Shown: positions 47,996-62,484 of the stretch, piece after piece | Position numbering within the stretch: position 1 is the first letter of the stretch | How the letters are laid out: each line of letters opens with the position of its first letter | DNA from: Tubiluchus corallicola | Taxonomy: Eukaryota > Animalia > Priapulida | Direction: 5' to 3' | Length of the DNA stretch: 64,000 nucleotides | NCBI GenBank assembly: GCA_030141605.1 | Contig: JAQGDQ010000041.1 | Coordinates: 310,001-374,000, forward strand | Program-made: the position numbers and the translations under genes | Notes under the pieces: model-generated | The model's database searches: none | Seen by the model: only the letters and a program-made list of their open reading frames with translations | What the model was told of the DNA's origin: nothing

Positions 47996-50743
47996 GTAAG
48001 CAACTCTTTAATGCCTGTTGGCTATTATTGACCCCCGGATTATACTGTCAAATCTCAAACAGTGGCTATTTCTGACCAGTCGACAGCACGCCAAGGACAA
48101 TGGGGAAGCGTTGGATAGCGCGAACGACAGGGAGCGAGACCAGCCAGGTTAGATCTGAGGTGATAAAGAGGTGTGCTACAAGTTCTTGATCGTTGCATGC
48201 TGAGACAGACGCAAAATCAAAAATGGAAGAAGTGAATTTATTAAAAATACCACCATAAAAACCACAAGCCATTAGGGCGAACGACAAACGTCACAAACAC
48301 TAAAACGCAAGGAAAATAATCACGACGTGTTTTTTTCTGTTTACTTATTTCTCCTGCCGATAATACTAGAAATGCTTCTCTTTAAATTTTCATATAGGAT
48401 TTTTTTTATTAATTGCTGTAAATTATGAACTAACGCGATTTCCTAGCTCCTAAATAAGAAGTGATGAATTTCGCAACATCTGTTGGCCAGTTGGAGTTTA
48501 GGGTAATTCTCACAATAGGATGAAAAATATTGTTCGCGTTCGTATATCTGTCGATCGGCCACTAGTCTTTCTGGTAATAAGTTTAATTTACTGGGCTAAA
48601 ATGCCGAAACCCTGATTGTAGATTCCTAACTTCACGGGGTAGTAGTTATTATGACCAATTGAACTGCAGCAATGTTTCGCAATTGTAATTATCAGACTTA
48701 GGAACTGATTTGAGCACAGCTTGACAGATAAGAATGACACCATGCCAGCGTTCACGGACAATAGATCAGCGCATTACGTAAGCTGAAGTGTGCAGAATCA
48801 ATCAGCGCCATCTAGAGATACAACCAGAAGTCAGCAAATGCTCTTACATAACGTTAATAATTAGCAATACGAATGTCAAGAAACCAAATCTAGCTTCTTT
48901 GCGACAGCAAACAGTACAATAACAGAAAGAAGTTTGGGATGTTGCCACATTCATATTAATAAACACGATGCATTCAGTTTTACGATAGGTCAAAACGTAT
49001 CCCTTTGAAAAGCGAAAACCAATAATGTAACGTGGAAAAGAGGCAGTAAACACTGCAGCAGTAAATGGCTGAAATCCGCTGAATTCAAACTTCTCAAAAT
49101 TTGAAAATCAAAGAATCTCCAGGAACACTGAATTTTTCATGACGCATTTGATAGCTCGCTAATGGTTTATACGAAAAGCTGTTCAAAAACTGCACTTGCT
49201 TGAATGAAGTCCTTTCATTTTGAATTACTAATTTTTGTATAAATGCAAAATTTGATCAATTACTTATACTAAATACATCCTTATAAAGCTTTACAGTAAA
49301 ACGATATCAAGCATAAGACTTGTGTTAGAATGAAATCGAAACACATGTATGAAACGATAAATGTGACTGTCAATTGAAGTGAAACAATCATCAGCTGTAG
49401 TGCCTTTGCTTTCTTCATCTACCAGCTTTTGTTATCCATAAGAATAAGAAGCAGCAGATGTATAGAAAGTGAGAGAAAGCAGTTTCCTATCAGATTCAGA
49501 CGATCTTTGATCTTGATCAACATTCTCCAGCTAGCCACAAAGTTAAGAGCAATGAGCAACAATTACTGCATTTATCACCTGGCCCAATCACAGACAGCTG
49601 CATATACAAGCGATAAATACAAGATAGTGTTTCTAAGTCAATATTGTTAAGGATGAACATGCGTGCCAAGAAAACAATAACACATAGAAGGTAATAAAGT
49701 AATATTCAACGATTCTAACGAAGGATATACAGGTACATTCGGCAAATCTACCTAGACACTAAAGTAGTACCGCTGATCATGTTTACTGCACTGCCATTAT
49801 CGTAATTTTCTACAAATTATGCATTAAATCTATAGAAACGATTGGATTTTTGATGAAATGCAAGAAAAGGGAGTACGAAAGTAGCCATAAAACGTAATTA
49901 TTGATGCAAATCATTTTCCAGGCAAAACTTAAACACAATTAATAGTCAATCTTTCATAACGTTCAATTGAATTCGCGCAATATTTGCTCTTAAATGGAGC
50001 CTTGCGCCATGATTTTAAATTAAAAGACAAAACAAACAAAACGTAATAAATTCTTGAAAATAATTTACGAAATCTACATTGCACTTTAATAGTGACTCAC
50101 CCGTGTTTACTAGCAAAAGCATCGTATTCTTAACTTCATATATTTCTGGACAGTTTACAAACTATCACTACTTTAATCTTTCCACAAATGCCCAACATTG
50201 CCAGAATTTCAAAAACGAGTTAAAATGTGTGAACACATGCACACTTTTCGACAGATAAGCCAATATTGGCCCTGCAAGAGAACCAAAACAGCAAGTCAGT
50301 CAGGCGCAGCATAAGACATAAAACAAAGCATTGTTACCCAGGCAGACTACTGGGCTGTGCATTGGGCATAAGTGTTAAAACATTTGACAGATCATAATGT
50401 GGACAGTTGATGATAAAGCAACAATAGATGGACCTTCATGGGTAATACAAACAACACTGATGCCTGTTTTATAGACAATTTAGATGCACAATAGTAAGAG
50501 CTTTTGACACCTACGCAAAACTGTAAATGACGAACATGGGTGTATCACATGTCTCAATAGCGCCCAGATGGGCCCATAAAATGGTTAATTTCTAGTCTGA
50601 TTTCAGGTATAGCTGACAAGTGGTATATAGTGTACCCATGGTTTTTACAAGGAAGCTAAAATGAAACTAAAGAAAACATTTCGAAGCATTACGTTAAGTG
50701 GCGAAAGAATTCAACCTACGTATCTCTTATATTAATATTCTTG

Positions 50744-50786
50744 GTATATATATATATTTATTTATTTATTTATTTATATATATATA
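50744..50786. repeat. Compound (TA)n/(TTTA)n microsatellite
   Basis: tatatatatatatttatttatttatttatttatatatatata. Confidence 0.9.
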
Positions 50787-53700
50787 AGATTCGAGGCTAC
50801 AGCCCGGACGAGGGCACCATTTGCGGCGATCTATATATCATTCAAAAATTAAAATTGCCATTAATAACTAGATATTAAAAGGCAGAAGATTTAAAAGCAC
50901 AATTTTTAAATCGGTTATAATTTTTTGGCCTTTTGGGCGACTAGTAAAAATGACAAAGAAGTCACGATTTTGTAAATTTTCAACTAGCAATGACAGCACT
51001 ATGACAGCAATTTTAAATCATGAAAGTAAAACTTTTCCGTGAAATTTACTCATAGGTGCACGGTCCTACAAATTTTACATTTACATTAGCGTTTTTATAA
51101 CTACTATAAACTACAATAATTCATCAAAATCTGTCCATACCAACCCCAGTTTCTTCTCTAATTGGAAGAAACCTCTCGCTAAAAAATAACTAACTGTCAC
51201 AGAATCATTTATTTCATGTAAGTTACGCGTCGGCTGGACATGCTTACTTTATAAGTTATACGTCACAGGTTCGGATCTTCCCGTATCCGTTTAACAAATA
51301 CATTCAGGATGTCTATTGTCTCTGAAGAGATTACGGCTGTGAAAATCACCACAATGTGATTGCTAAATTACAAGAAAAGTAGAGGAGAGTGGACTAGATA
51401 CTATCCCCAGGGTTTAACCTGAGCGGATATGTCCACTTAAAGTGACATTAAAGAATACAGCGACGGTGCTAAGACTCACACCCAATACAAAGTGAAGCAG
51501 TCATTTTTTCGAAGTTCATAGTTTTCAGGCTATGTCGCTTTTCCAACATTTTAGCTTGAAAACGGGGTTGGAATTTAACCAAAACATTTTCTTTAGTCTT
51601 TACAGTCTGGAAAACGTTTACCACAACAAAATATTAACCTAAAATGAAAAAACTAAAACTAAACTTTTCAAAAAATACCATAAATTAAAAACGGCAAAGG
51701 TGCGGCGTTTTACTTCAATATGCCTACTTAATATAATAATTTCCTTTGTAATTGTTTTTTGTCCTTACAGCTTTCTCAAAGTTGCTTTTGTATAATGTAA
51801 GCAATACAGTATTTTCCAGCTGGTTGATTTTTCGCTGTTCCACATTTTAAATAATAATTCTAAATTTTTGGCACCATACAAAGTCGTACGTATGCTCCGT
51901 GGAGTTCATTTATCTTATGTTTTTTAAATTTTTCTTTCTTGCTCTGCTGTATACGAAAACACGGGGTGTTTTTACGGCAGCTTTGACTACAACAGCTATT
52001 AGTTCTATCGACAGCTTTTTCGCGAAATTACAAGCTGCGCAAATCAAACGAGCAAATATAAATACACCGCAATAACAACATACAAATCTTTTCAGCAAAC
52101 ACCAGAAGAAATGTAGCGCATTATTGCAGAAAAGTCAAAAAGTGTAAAAATGCAAAGAACTCGTTGAAAACTAACAAAGACTGAACAATTCCGACCATAG
52201 AAAGGCCCTTGATGATGGATTATACAAGTAACGAATGCAGAGCCAATAGAAACGTTTCATAACGTTTTCTCCAAATGAGTAGTAGCGTGGGAGTAGAGTA
52301 GGTTTTTTCTACGACAAAGAATAAGTAAACGGTAATAAAGTTATACAAATAAATGAGCGTGTTTCAGTGGCTAACTCATAACTTTATAGCCTCTAGGTCA
52401 AAGCGAAAAAACACTGCACTGCGGTATGACATACACTTGAAATCTGAGAATGAGAGCTAGGGAGAGGTGAAGAGCAAAAACGTGTTGCAGAAATTACTTC
52501 AGAAGCTGGTAATTTCCAGATCTAACCGAGAGCACTTTCTATATTATCTTTTAAAGATTACAAAGGATTACAAAGGAGTACTAAGTAAAAAGCATGAAAT
52601 ATTTGTCAATTCCCTCTAAAGGTGGATTTGAACATTTGTTCTCCAGATAGAATGTACCAATTTTCTGTTGCAGCAATTGAAATAGTTGCACAAAGAAGTA
52701 ATTTTATGGCACTGTATAAGTTATAAGGTGCACGATAAAAATGGAACAGGTAATAATGGCACAAATCGAAAAAAAAAGAAAAAATGTCACGCTTAAAAAA
52801 GTGGATGTCTGGGGGCTGTTATAACTCTTTGAAAAGTTACAAGATAGGGTAATTCTGTTTTTATTATTTCCACCAGGGCAGACAATTATGGGCTAGTTTC
52901 AGGTTCCACTTCGAGACATTCTTACAATTAAAACTGTGTAACGCTGTCTATACTATTTTGCTTATACAATTATATAGCCTTATAAGATAACTTAATATGT
53001 AAATACGTAAATTTGTTAATCTATTACCACGGCCAAATGGTTAAAGAAATGAAGACAAACACTATGTGGAACAGTCGTGCATTACTGGCTATAATTCTAT
53101 TTAATCAACAAAATATTTTGTGAGTCTTTTGCCCGCACATATAATACTTAAACAGATATACTGTTGTATGTTTATTTGTTTGTCTTTCTTTGTGTGTTTT
53201 TTATCTAAAGAATCAGACGAACATGTTTAGGATTGTTCGATTTTGGCGGATATCTGCTTCCTACTGAACGCATATTAGTTTTATTATAGAAATTATTTGC
53301 ATCAAAATAACTTACGTGCCATTTTTCCTGTGTCATGTCTACCTATGTCATTTTTGCCTGCATTCAAGCTATTGAGATTCAAATAAACTTGAAACGTTAT
53401 AGCTAAAAGGGCTAACTCTTAGACCGTTGGTACGACGATATGACAATGTTAGGGTCCTGTTATCGATTTTAGGGACTAATCCCGCCCAATTAAGCGTAAA
53501 ATGCAAAAATGAAGCAGTTACTTTAATGCAGATTATTGCGAACGACTGTGATCAAGAGCTGCTGTAAAGCGCTTACAAAGATGTTGAATACACACAAAAT
53601 CCACATTATATTCGCTTAAATTAAATCAGAAGTATTTCTATTATTAGTAGCAAACCCTACACCGATAATAGCATGGTATTCAATCTTGTTACAAGAAAAC

Positions 53701-56700
53701 AGTCGTCAGTAAGAAGAGAAAATGACATTTACTCAAGCAAGTGTATCTAATCGATCAAGTACAATCCACTCCATAATACTCCAGAGGCAACTAAAGTCTT
53801 ATACTAAATTCTCAGTATCGAACCCTATTACATTTTTCATATCAGCAAAAAGATCGATTTTGAATTTTCATCTATTCATTCACGTCGAGATGGCCAGCGT
53901 TTTATTCAACACCACTTCTGAATAAGAAGGCAGCGCGAAAATCAAAATCCCATTAAGGGTGGCTCCAAGACAAGGTTGCCAAGAAAAACCGAGATGATAA
54001 AGAATAAAGATAAAGCTGTACAGAAAATTCTATAATTATCATGATTACAACGTATAACTGCTCAAATATAGACCCTGCATTACCAGACCGACAAGGAACT
54101 AACAACGTTTTAACCAGAAACTTGTGAAAGTTATTAATCTCTAACAAGTATGCATGTTTCATTACTTCCAGGCTTCAAAATTTTTATCAAAAAGCGTCTC
54201 TGCAAACCCCAATTAGCAATTCTAAAAAATGAATTTTTAAGCACTCAAACTTGAGCCATTTTACCAAGTACCTTGTTAACAGTAATCTCCCACAACAAGA
54301 CACCCACCGATTAACTTGTACGGCCAATCTATCTTTTTTTCTTGTGTATAATTACAGACGCCAGATTAACTGCAGGGGATGCAGAAAAGTGAGCGGACCT
54401 AATTTCAATACAGACAAAAGAGTCAAGCGTCGAATGCTCGTCAAAGTCAGTCATATGAGAAACTTTGGAAGGTCAGATCAAGACTACATAGGAAGATGCG
54501 TGTCAGCAAAAATCTACAAAAACGGACGAAGTCAATAGGGAGTAACCGTTCTAATGACAAGGAGGGCCTGAAGAAGAATGGACAAAGACTGTAAATTGGA
54601 TCATCTTACGAATCCGCCAGCCAAGCCAGACAAAACTTGTTGCGGGTTTTGAAAAAATAATTTTAAAACTTACAATCTAAGTGTTGTTAAAACGTAGATC
54701 ATGTAAACATTTTTATGCTGCCAAAAGCTTATTAGACGCGGTATTAAACAATTTATTTTTGACAAGAGCGACATTCTACTATGTAATACGTTTGTCTCAA
54801 ATTATTAATATTGTTCTAGTTTTCAAAAATGGCGACCACACTGTTCGTACACATACCTCAAGTTTTTCTACGAGAATGTCATGTCACGCAGTCCTAGACC
54901 CAACTCTACTAGTGACTGCGTTTCAAGTTTGGGAAATAACAATCACTCAGAATCTCTTGAAGATTCGTGACCAAAACGTCAACTTCAGATTGTTGGTCAA
55001 TCAATTTGTCTCAATATTAGAACCATCTTGCACAAAGCGACTGATCTGAAGACGCGAAACTGCTCAAAACTTGAAAGATAATGAGCTTTGCAGTGTTAAA
55101 TCACTCTCAGTAAACAGAGCAATCGATTACATGTATGTACTTCATAATGTACAAGATATACTATAGGAGTTAGGCTCAGCCAGCAAGGCATATTTTATTG
55201 GAACTTGTGCTGAGGCTGGGGTAAATCACGCCCAAACCATTGTACGTAAAGATTATAAGTTACATAAAACAAGAAGATTCTAGTTTTTTTGCATGTACAA
55301 TTGTTGGTGAAAAATCGACACATTTCATATACTTTACTGTTTAAACTGAACGTCGCGCGTGCCACTAACAAAAACAGTTACGTTAATTGACCTCCTTGCA
55401 AATTAATACCCGCACTCCCAGAACAATGTAACTGATAACTTTCTACATGGCTAGCTAGCAAGAAAACGTTGTAATTATCAACTTTAGCATGATTAGCAGT
55501 TATCACGCTAATGCCACATAAAAAAGTCATTTATTATGGGGAACATGTTGCTTATGACGTACAAAATCTAATGCATTTCTACTCAAAATAAATAATTAAA
55601 GATGGCAGAATGCACGTGTATCTAGTACTCGCATTAGTAACGATAAAATTTCAACAACAATGGAAGGTTATCATAAAACATACAAGAATAATTTATACGA
55701 AATTAATTTATATACTCAATTGTGACAACAGTGGCGAATTTTAGGTAAATGTTCATCAGTGATTAATGACTCACCCACCGTAGTGCTTACTTGGCATGAT
55801 GTTGTCATTCGCTCAACGAACTGACATCTTCGACGTATGGCGTATGCCAATGTGGATAAGTCTTATACAAATTACAACTGAACAATACTCAACGTTAACT
55901 CTAGATAGCTTTCCAAAAATTATGCAGTCTGATTTATTGAGTAACAGTACGTTGTCTGAAGGCCAGCTTTCCTGTATTAGAAACACTGGAAATGACATGC
56001 AGAAACTTTGTGAAGAATTTTTCATCGATAATTTCCATGCTGTAAATCTTTTAAGCAAATAAACAGGCTTCAGCACTTGAGTAGCTAAATCAGTAGTTAC
56101 AGAACAACAAACCAATCGCCGATATAATCCCCTCTTTTTCCTTTACAAGGCGCAACAAAATTGAGTAAATTGACAGAGGAATATTTGATTTCTACACCAA
56201 TCGACGTCAGCAAATAACATAATTGTGTTTACTCATGGATTTAACTAACAATCTGGTTATGTGTTAGCCGTGGTTATTATGCCATGGAAGTTATAATAGA
56301 AAAAGAGAAAGTCAAATACAGACAGCTTAAATGTGATAATTAGAACTTCGTTCCAAGTAATGTAGCTATCTAATTTCAAAGAAGCGATTAAACGAACCAA
56401 AAAATAACCGCATATAAATAAAACGATTTTGTCTAAACCTAACAGCAGTATAGAAAACAAAATAGTTTTCACCAAAACTAGGCCAACTCGAAGCATGGGC
56501 GACATATGCTCTTACAAAAATGCTATGTGACCTTGACCCAGCAATCAAGGACAACTCCTGTAATTCTGGCAAATCAAATACAAACCCACGGTTACCAATC
56601 GTTCATTTTTGAAATATGCAGCAGATGAATGGACAACATCAAATATATTCTGCAAGGGCAATAAGCCATCCACAAACAACTCCTCAGTTGCAGTTAATTG

Positions 56701-59219
56701 CAGCTTGTAATAATTTGCCTGAGTTAAAATAGCAGTAATGAGCAATATTTCGTGCGCGCGCATCACAGCGCCAAGACTGGGTCTCAGGTACAAAGCAACC
56801 TGCAAGTTGCAACCTCGCGTACTACAGAACTGTATGACGTACATAACAGCCTATAAATTGATCATAGGTAATGGATAGCACTCAGTTCAGGCAAGTGATT
56901 AATAGAGAAAAACTGTTAATCATTAATAGCCCGACCCTCGTCATTCTTACAGCAGAGTACAAGCTGACATTAATAAATGGCTAGTACATTGGGGCCAAGC
57001 ATCAAAGTTTAATAGAGAATCTTATCGACTTTTCTAACCATCTTAACAACCAGGGTGAAAATAAACGGTAGGCCTACAGCCTTACAATCACTATATTGTT
57101 CTTAAAAGCAGAAGCTACTAATGATCCTGTAACAATGTTTATATAAGTTACCTTGATTTTCTAGACTTACAACAAATCGCATCTTTATTCTATAACCACG
57201 AAGAAAATGTAAATGAACATTATTCATAACGACTATACCATTCTGTTGCAACATAATAAAGCATTCTAGTTTGGTTAATAAAACAAATCTAATAAGTATT
57301 ATTGCAACACTAATAATATTTTTCTAAACTGCCAGAGAAGTCAGTTCAGAGAATCTTGGCCTAGATCTAGAATACAATTTAATTATCCGTATGGAAATGC
57401 CTAATATTACTGTTCAAATGCGACTGTAATTATACTGTCGTCGTCATCGTTGTCGCTACTGCGCCACCACCAATATTACTGCTTGTATCATTAACGATAT
57501 TAAATAGTTACATCAGACCTTAGGTATTAGTCACACGTGATCTTAATAAAAGCGTTTATTAATCTGTGCCTTGCAGCCATCATCATCGACAACGTCATAG
57601 TTAAGATATCAACAATATTAATATGAAACAGAAGCACACGATCATTCAGCACGAATCACAGTAGAATCATAAGTACATTCATTGTTTAAGTGACGTAAAG
57701 AACACTGACTGAATGTTGGTCACGGTGGTCAGAATGCTGACTGAACACTATAGTCAGCGGTCAGAACAACAACAGTTATTATTATCGTGTTATTCTAGTA
57801 GCACGAGTACATGAATTGATCAGGATAAAGGGTTAATTATCAAACCTCAACATACTGAGGAAGACAATAATGTCCAAATGTTACAATAGGCAATCAAACT
57901 AGTCTATACAATAGCTTATTACTATAGGATTTACAGAAGCATGGACACAATAATTACAAACAGCTTGCACAGACGAGGTTTCTGGTCAATCTGCATGTTC
58001 CTTATAGTTGTAACTTGCACAGACATTATTAAAAGCGCGTAGCCATATACATAACTAAACGTAAAACAACAATTTGAACAATCTTTACTTTGTAAATCAG
58101 GGTTTTTGGAGAAACGTCGAACGAGCCAACCAACGTAGCTGTTCATTTATTAATAGACGATTAGAATATAATGCGAAAAGTACTCGGAAAAATTACGTTT
58201 TTAAACGGGCGGTAGCTGGCGATGTCGTACGCCGAATTTTTCCAAACATTTCATAATAATTGTTCATTACGATGAAAAATTACAAAAATTTTCATTAAGT
58301 TCTCTGCGCTTAATTTTTGCGGTTTTTGTGGATAAATTTTAATATATAACGTTTGTAAAGTGACTACGGTTCGCCATTTTAGCAAATACATTGAAAAACC
58401 GCGTTTATATCCGTTCACCTCATACGGGGCTCAAAGCTTGCCAGCCCGACTGAATTTAAAAAATTAGCACAATGTGGCAGTGTAATTACTGTCACAATGA
58501 ATTTTGCAAACGCTTACAAACATACATAAAACGCACAGTAAACAAACTACGAAAAAAATATTCGTGAAAAGTAAAAACCATTACGCAGAAATTGCCCATT
58601 ACAGACTTACAGTGACTAAACGCCTAGGATTAAATTTAATACATTACCTGTTTAAAGTTACAGTACCTGTTTAAGCACACACGGTCATTAGCGAGTTATT
58701 AATGGCTGCTCAATTCAAACTGTCAGAACCAAAGAACACGAATGCTCACTTGAATAGTTGCAAATTCCCCAATAGGTAAATTGCACGGAGCGAGAGAAAA
58801 ACTGGTTGAAGGAGTTAAACTGCTAATTGGACTCTAGTAATCAGGAGTCACTTGAAAAGATTAATTCACTTGCTGTGCGTGCTCAATTTGAACAGGTAAA
58901 CATCTTAGCAATAGGCTGAGAGATCACTGACTGGCTGAACAAACTATTGCTTGTTACGATTTTATGAGGAGTTCATTAATAAGAAAATTCGACTGATTAA
59001 CAATACCATAATAATTAGGAACACACTATAGGCATTAGTTTCCGAACGAGTTCCTGTTTTGGTCATTATACCGAAGCAACTATCATTTTCTTAAATACTC
59101 ATCATATTTGCATAACCAGATAGCACTATTTTATACGTTAGTCAAGTTTCACAGACAACAGTCAACGACTGCAAATAATTACACAAATCCAGTTTTTACA
59201 CATAGACATAAAATCAAAG

Positions 59220-59480
59220 ACATGTCTAATGATGTCTTCTTACTTTTCAGTATATTATTGTCAAGGCTGTCTGTTCGTGCCTGGCCTGTGCGTAGTATAC
59301 AACGCTGCATTTGATGTGCATAACATCCTGGCATCAGGTAGCATCCCTCAGGCCATAGAGCCTTTCTCTCATCACTGGTCGTTAACAGCTTTCCAAAGCA
59401 TGTCTATTTCGCTTTTTTTTGCGTCTACTCATTTACCAAAGTTGAGAAAACAGGTGCAAGGTTTGTGCAAATGATGGAAG
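59220..59480 (-). mobile_element. Possible highly decayed RTE-like LINE fragment
   Basis: Minus-strand translation ..CFGKLLT..LW..AHQMQRCILR..DSLDNNIL loosely resembles RTE post-RT motifs (AFGKL, F.MRCLRRIL..W.D.V.N..IL). Confidence 0.25.
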
Positions 59481-62215
59481 TTTCAGATGGGAGAAATGTC
59501 ACTACTTTGTCTACTTTGTACAACGCCACGACTATGGGTGCAAGCCTGACACCTTGAAATTACAACTGTAGTTTAAAAATAATTATTTATTTGTAATTAC
59601 AGCTACAAGCGTATATGCGGAGAAGGGACTCTGTGTATATGAAGGTATATAAGCTTATCTGTTAAAAAAATCAGTTATTGGCCTCTTACCTGTCAAGACG
59701 AAAGACGTTGTAACGATGCCTCGTGCAGCCCAATAAAATCACAAATCTTTAGGTTATGGGCTTACGGCCGCTGCTGAGCTTTTAGCTGATATAATTTATT
59801 AATGGCAAAGAAGCAAGGCTCATATAACCTTGCCCGCCATTGAAAGAAAGCTTCTTTGCTGTGCTGCACTCACCAAATTCATCATAACAAAGTTTAAGAT
59901 TCTTGGTCAGCACTCTGTTGTATGTATCTTCCGTTCACAAAAAGTTAGCAAATAAAGTTACATGTCTGCGACTGGGTTTTTATACGTGTTTTGTTTAAAG
60001 AAGCTGCCAGTGGCATTGACAGTTTGAATTTATAGGACATTAAGGCTTTTTATGTCTCCAGCTGCAGCTGAGTACACTAATAACAGTTAGTTATGTCTTA
60101 AAACTAATTGATTGCGAATCACAGATTCCTCTTGGTGCCCACGATATTAAGCTAGACACGTTACGTAGCTTAAACAAATTGTGCGCGACGTACTGTTGTA
60201 AAAGGAATTTCCAAAGATGCATAAAATGATATGACGACTTACTAATGCATTATGCAAGTATTTATTAAACAAGAAAAAGTATGAGTGACATAGTTAATAT
60301 AAAAAAGAGAACAAAAATCGAAATTAAAATTTTACGCTTATACGAAGCCTGATACTAATTTAGTTCAACTTTGTGGGAATTGTTAATTCAGTAATTGAGA
60401 TTATTTGAGTGTGTGCGTGTTTTTTACGCTTAGTTAACGCTATAATGTACGTATTTTTTTTAGCAAAATAGTAAATTGTGTATATATAGTAACGGTCATT
60501 TTTAATTTTCCACCCTCCAATGTTCTCTTTTGTACGTGACAGCATGTTCAACAGATCTTTAAGAGACGACAACAGATCTGAAAAACGACAGTTAACCGTG
60601 ATTTGTTATTTTTCTATTCAGACGTTTTCCTTACTATAACTCGACAGGTGGGCCTTAACTCTTTGTTCCCCACTGAAACATATATCATGTCTTATCTTCG
60701 AGCTTTAAACGAGTTTTAAATTTGACTGCAGGTGCACTCTAGTCTTTACTACTACTAGACGAACTTTAATGTCGCTGTTTTAGAAGATCCTATCATCAAT
60801 AAACCTATTACAAGGTTGAAAAATTTATGTCGGCGCTTGCCAGAAGTAGCCTGAAATGTGTTTTCAAATTTTTCTCTCCAAATGCCCACTGGGCCGTAAA
60901 GCTGTAAGGATAGTTTAATTAATGTTGAAGCAGCCAATGGCAAATTACAGCAGCATGATCCTCTGCCAGGGGTATCTCTGATTAATGGACTTTAATATAA
61001 TTTCTCACACGAAGAAAGCTAATTGTGACATAACAAAGAAAAAATGACGCCCAAGCTAAGGAATTGAATCAGGACCATCAGGTTATCGTTTAAATGATAA
61101 ACGGATATTACTGTTGCTGTCACTGTCGTCGCCATCACAGCCGACACTGTTGTTTTTCATTGTTGACAAATACACACATATAAACATAGCTTTTTTAGGC
61201 GGCTAAAAATAAACTCGCGTGGTAATAAGGCTACCTTTTCTTCTACATAACCACATCATGGTCCATATTTGGCCACTGTAGACCTTGGCTATTGGCTGTT
61301 AGCGCATCAATTTCATGATAACGATCGCTATGTCAAAGCCACTAAGTTGTTCTTTTGTCAGCCAGTAAAACCGCTATGATCATTATTTAGAGTTAATCGC
61401 AGTTTTAGAATGACAACAAGTGAACACATTCAGGGCACCTCTAATTAGCACCTACCGACAATTGAATTAACTAAAATGGCCAGAAATTGTCATTTCTGTC
61501 GAATAACGACACTTTGAATGTCATTGTTGCTGGTACGAGCCACGTATCGCGGCTGCGTTGGTATTATGGTTGCCCACAGGGTGGCTGTTTGAGACCTTAA
61601 AGCCTTACTTTGTTTATCAATATCAAATATCCATTAAGGTGCTTTACCTTGAATTTAGCATACTTATCTGCTTGTGATAAGTTATAAGAAGATCGTGGCA
61701 AAAGATCCAGTCACATCCAGATGATCACAAACAAGTTGTGTACTCAACTAAAACGTGCGTGTTCACAATATAACAGATGTTAGACAGCGTTAAAATATTC
61801 AACATTTAAACATATGGGATCGACACTTAAGATCTTTTGCACTGACAACGAACAATGAGTCTACAAACTGGTCAACACTATCTGCTTTCCTAATAGCCTG
61901 CGCGGATTATTGTTCAAGTATAGAAGTAGCAATAGGCCTACATATTTACCAAATTTCACTTTTCCTCAACATAGACGCTAGTTCGCTATATGTGTTACCC
62001 TACCCAATGACGACTGTTTTCAAATGGGCGGCAAGGATTCAAAACTTTATATTGTGTATATGTTCCTTAAAGCCTCCTGTGATTTACGCTGATCTGAAAT
62101 TTTTAACAATACAACAAACTCGACTGATCTTGAGTTGACGCGAGAAGTTATTAGAATTTGCTGATTAGTAGATCATAAACCGCATGTAACGTCTGGAGCG
62201 CCATTTCAATGTGAC

Positions 62216-62240
62216 ATATATATATATATATATATATATA
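62216..62240. repeat. (TA)n microsatellite
   Basis: About 12 TA units directly abutting the palindrome arm. Confidence 0.95.
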
Positions 62241-62484
62241 TGTATTAATCCAACGCGATGCTTTTTTAAGTTGACAAATACCGATATTGTTTCTTTACGT
62301 TTCGAATAATAACGTGTTTAATTAGTAACCTGAACGTAATTTGTATGCATCAACGGAACGCCTATATATATATATGCATACAAATTACGTTCAGGTTACT
62401 AATTAAACACGTTATTATTCGAAACGTAAAGAAACAATATCGGTATTTGTCAACTTAAAAAAGCATCGCGTTGGATTAATACAT
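62240..62484. repeat. Perfect inverted repeat, 111-bp arms, 23-bp spacer
   Basis: 62240-62350 is the exact reverse complement of 62374-62484; spacer caacggaacgcc(ta)n. Confidence 0.97.

Noticed and set aside
54251-56844. Several 68-122-aa ORFs in the gene-poor region
   Set aside because: No recognisable domains, mostly non-ATG starts, no consistent splice chain.
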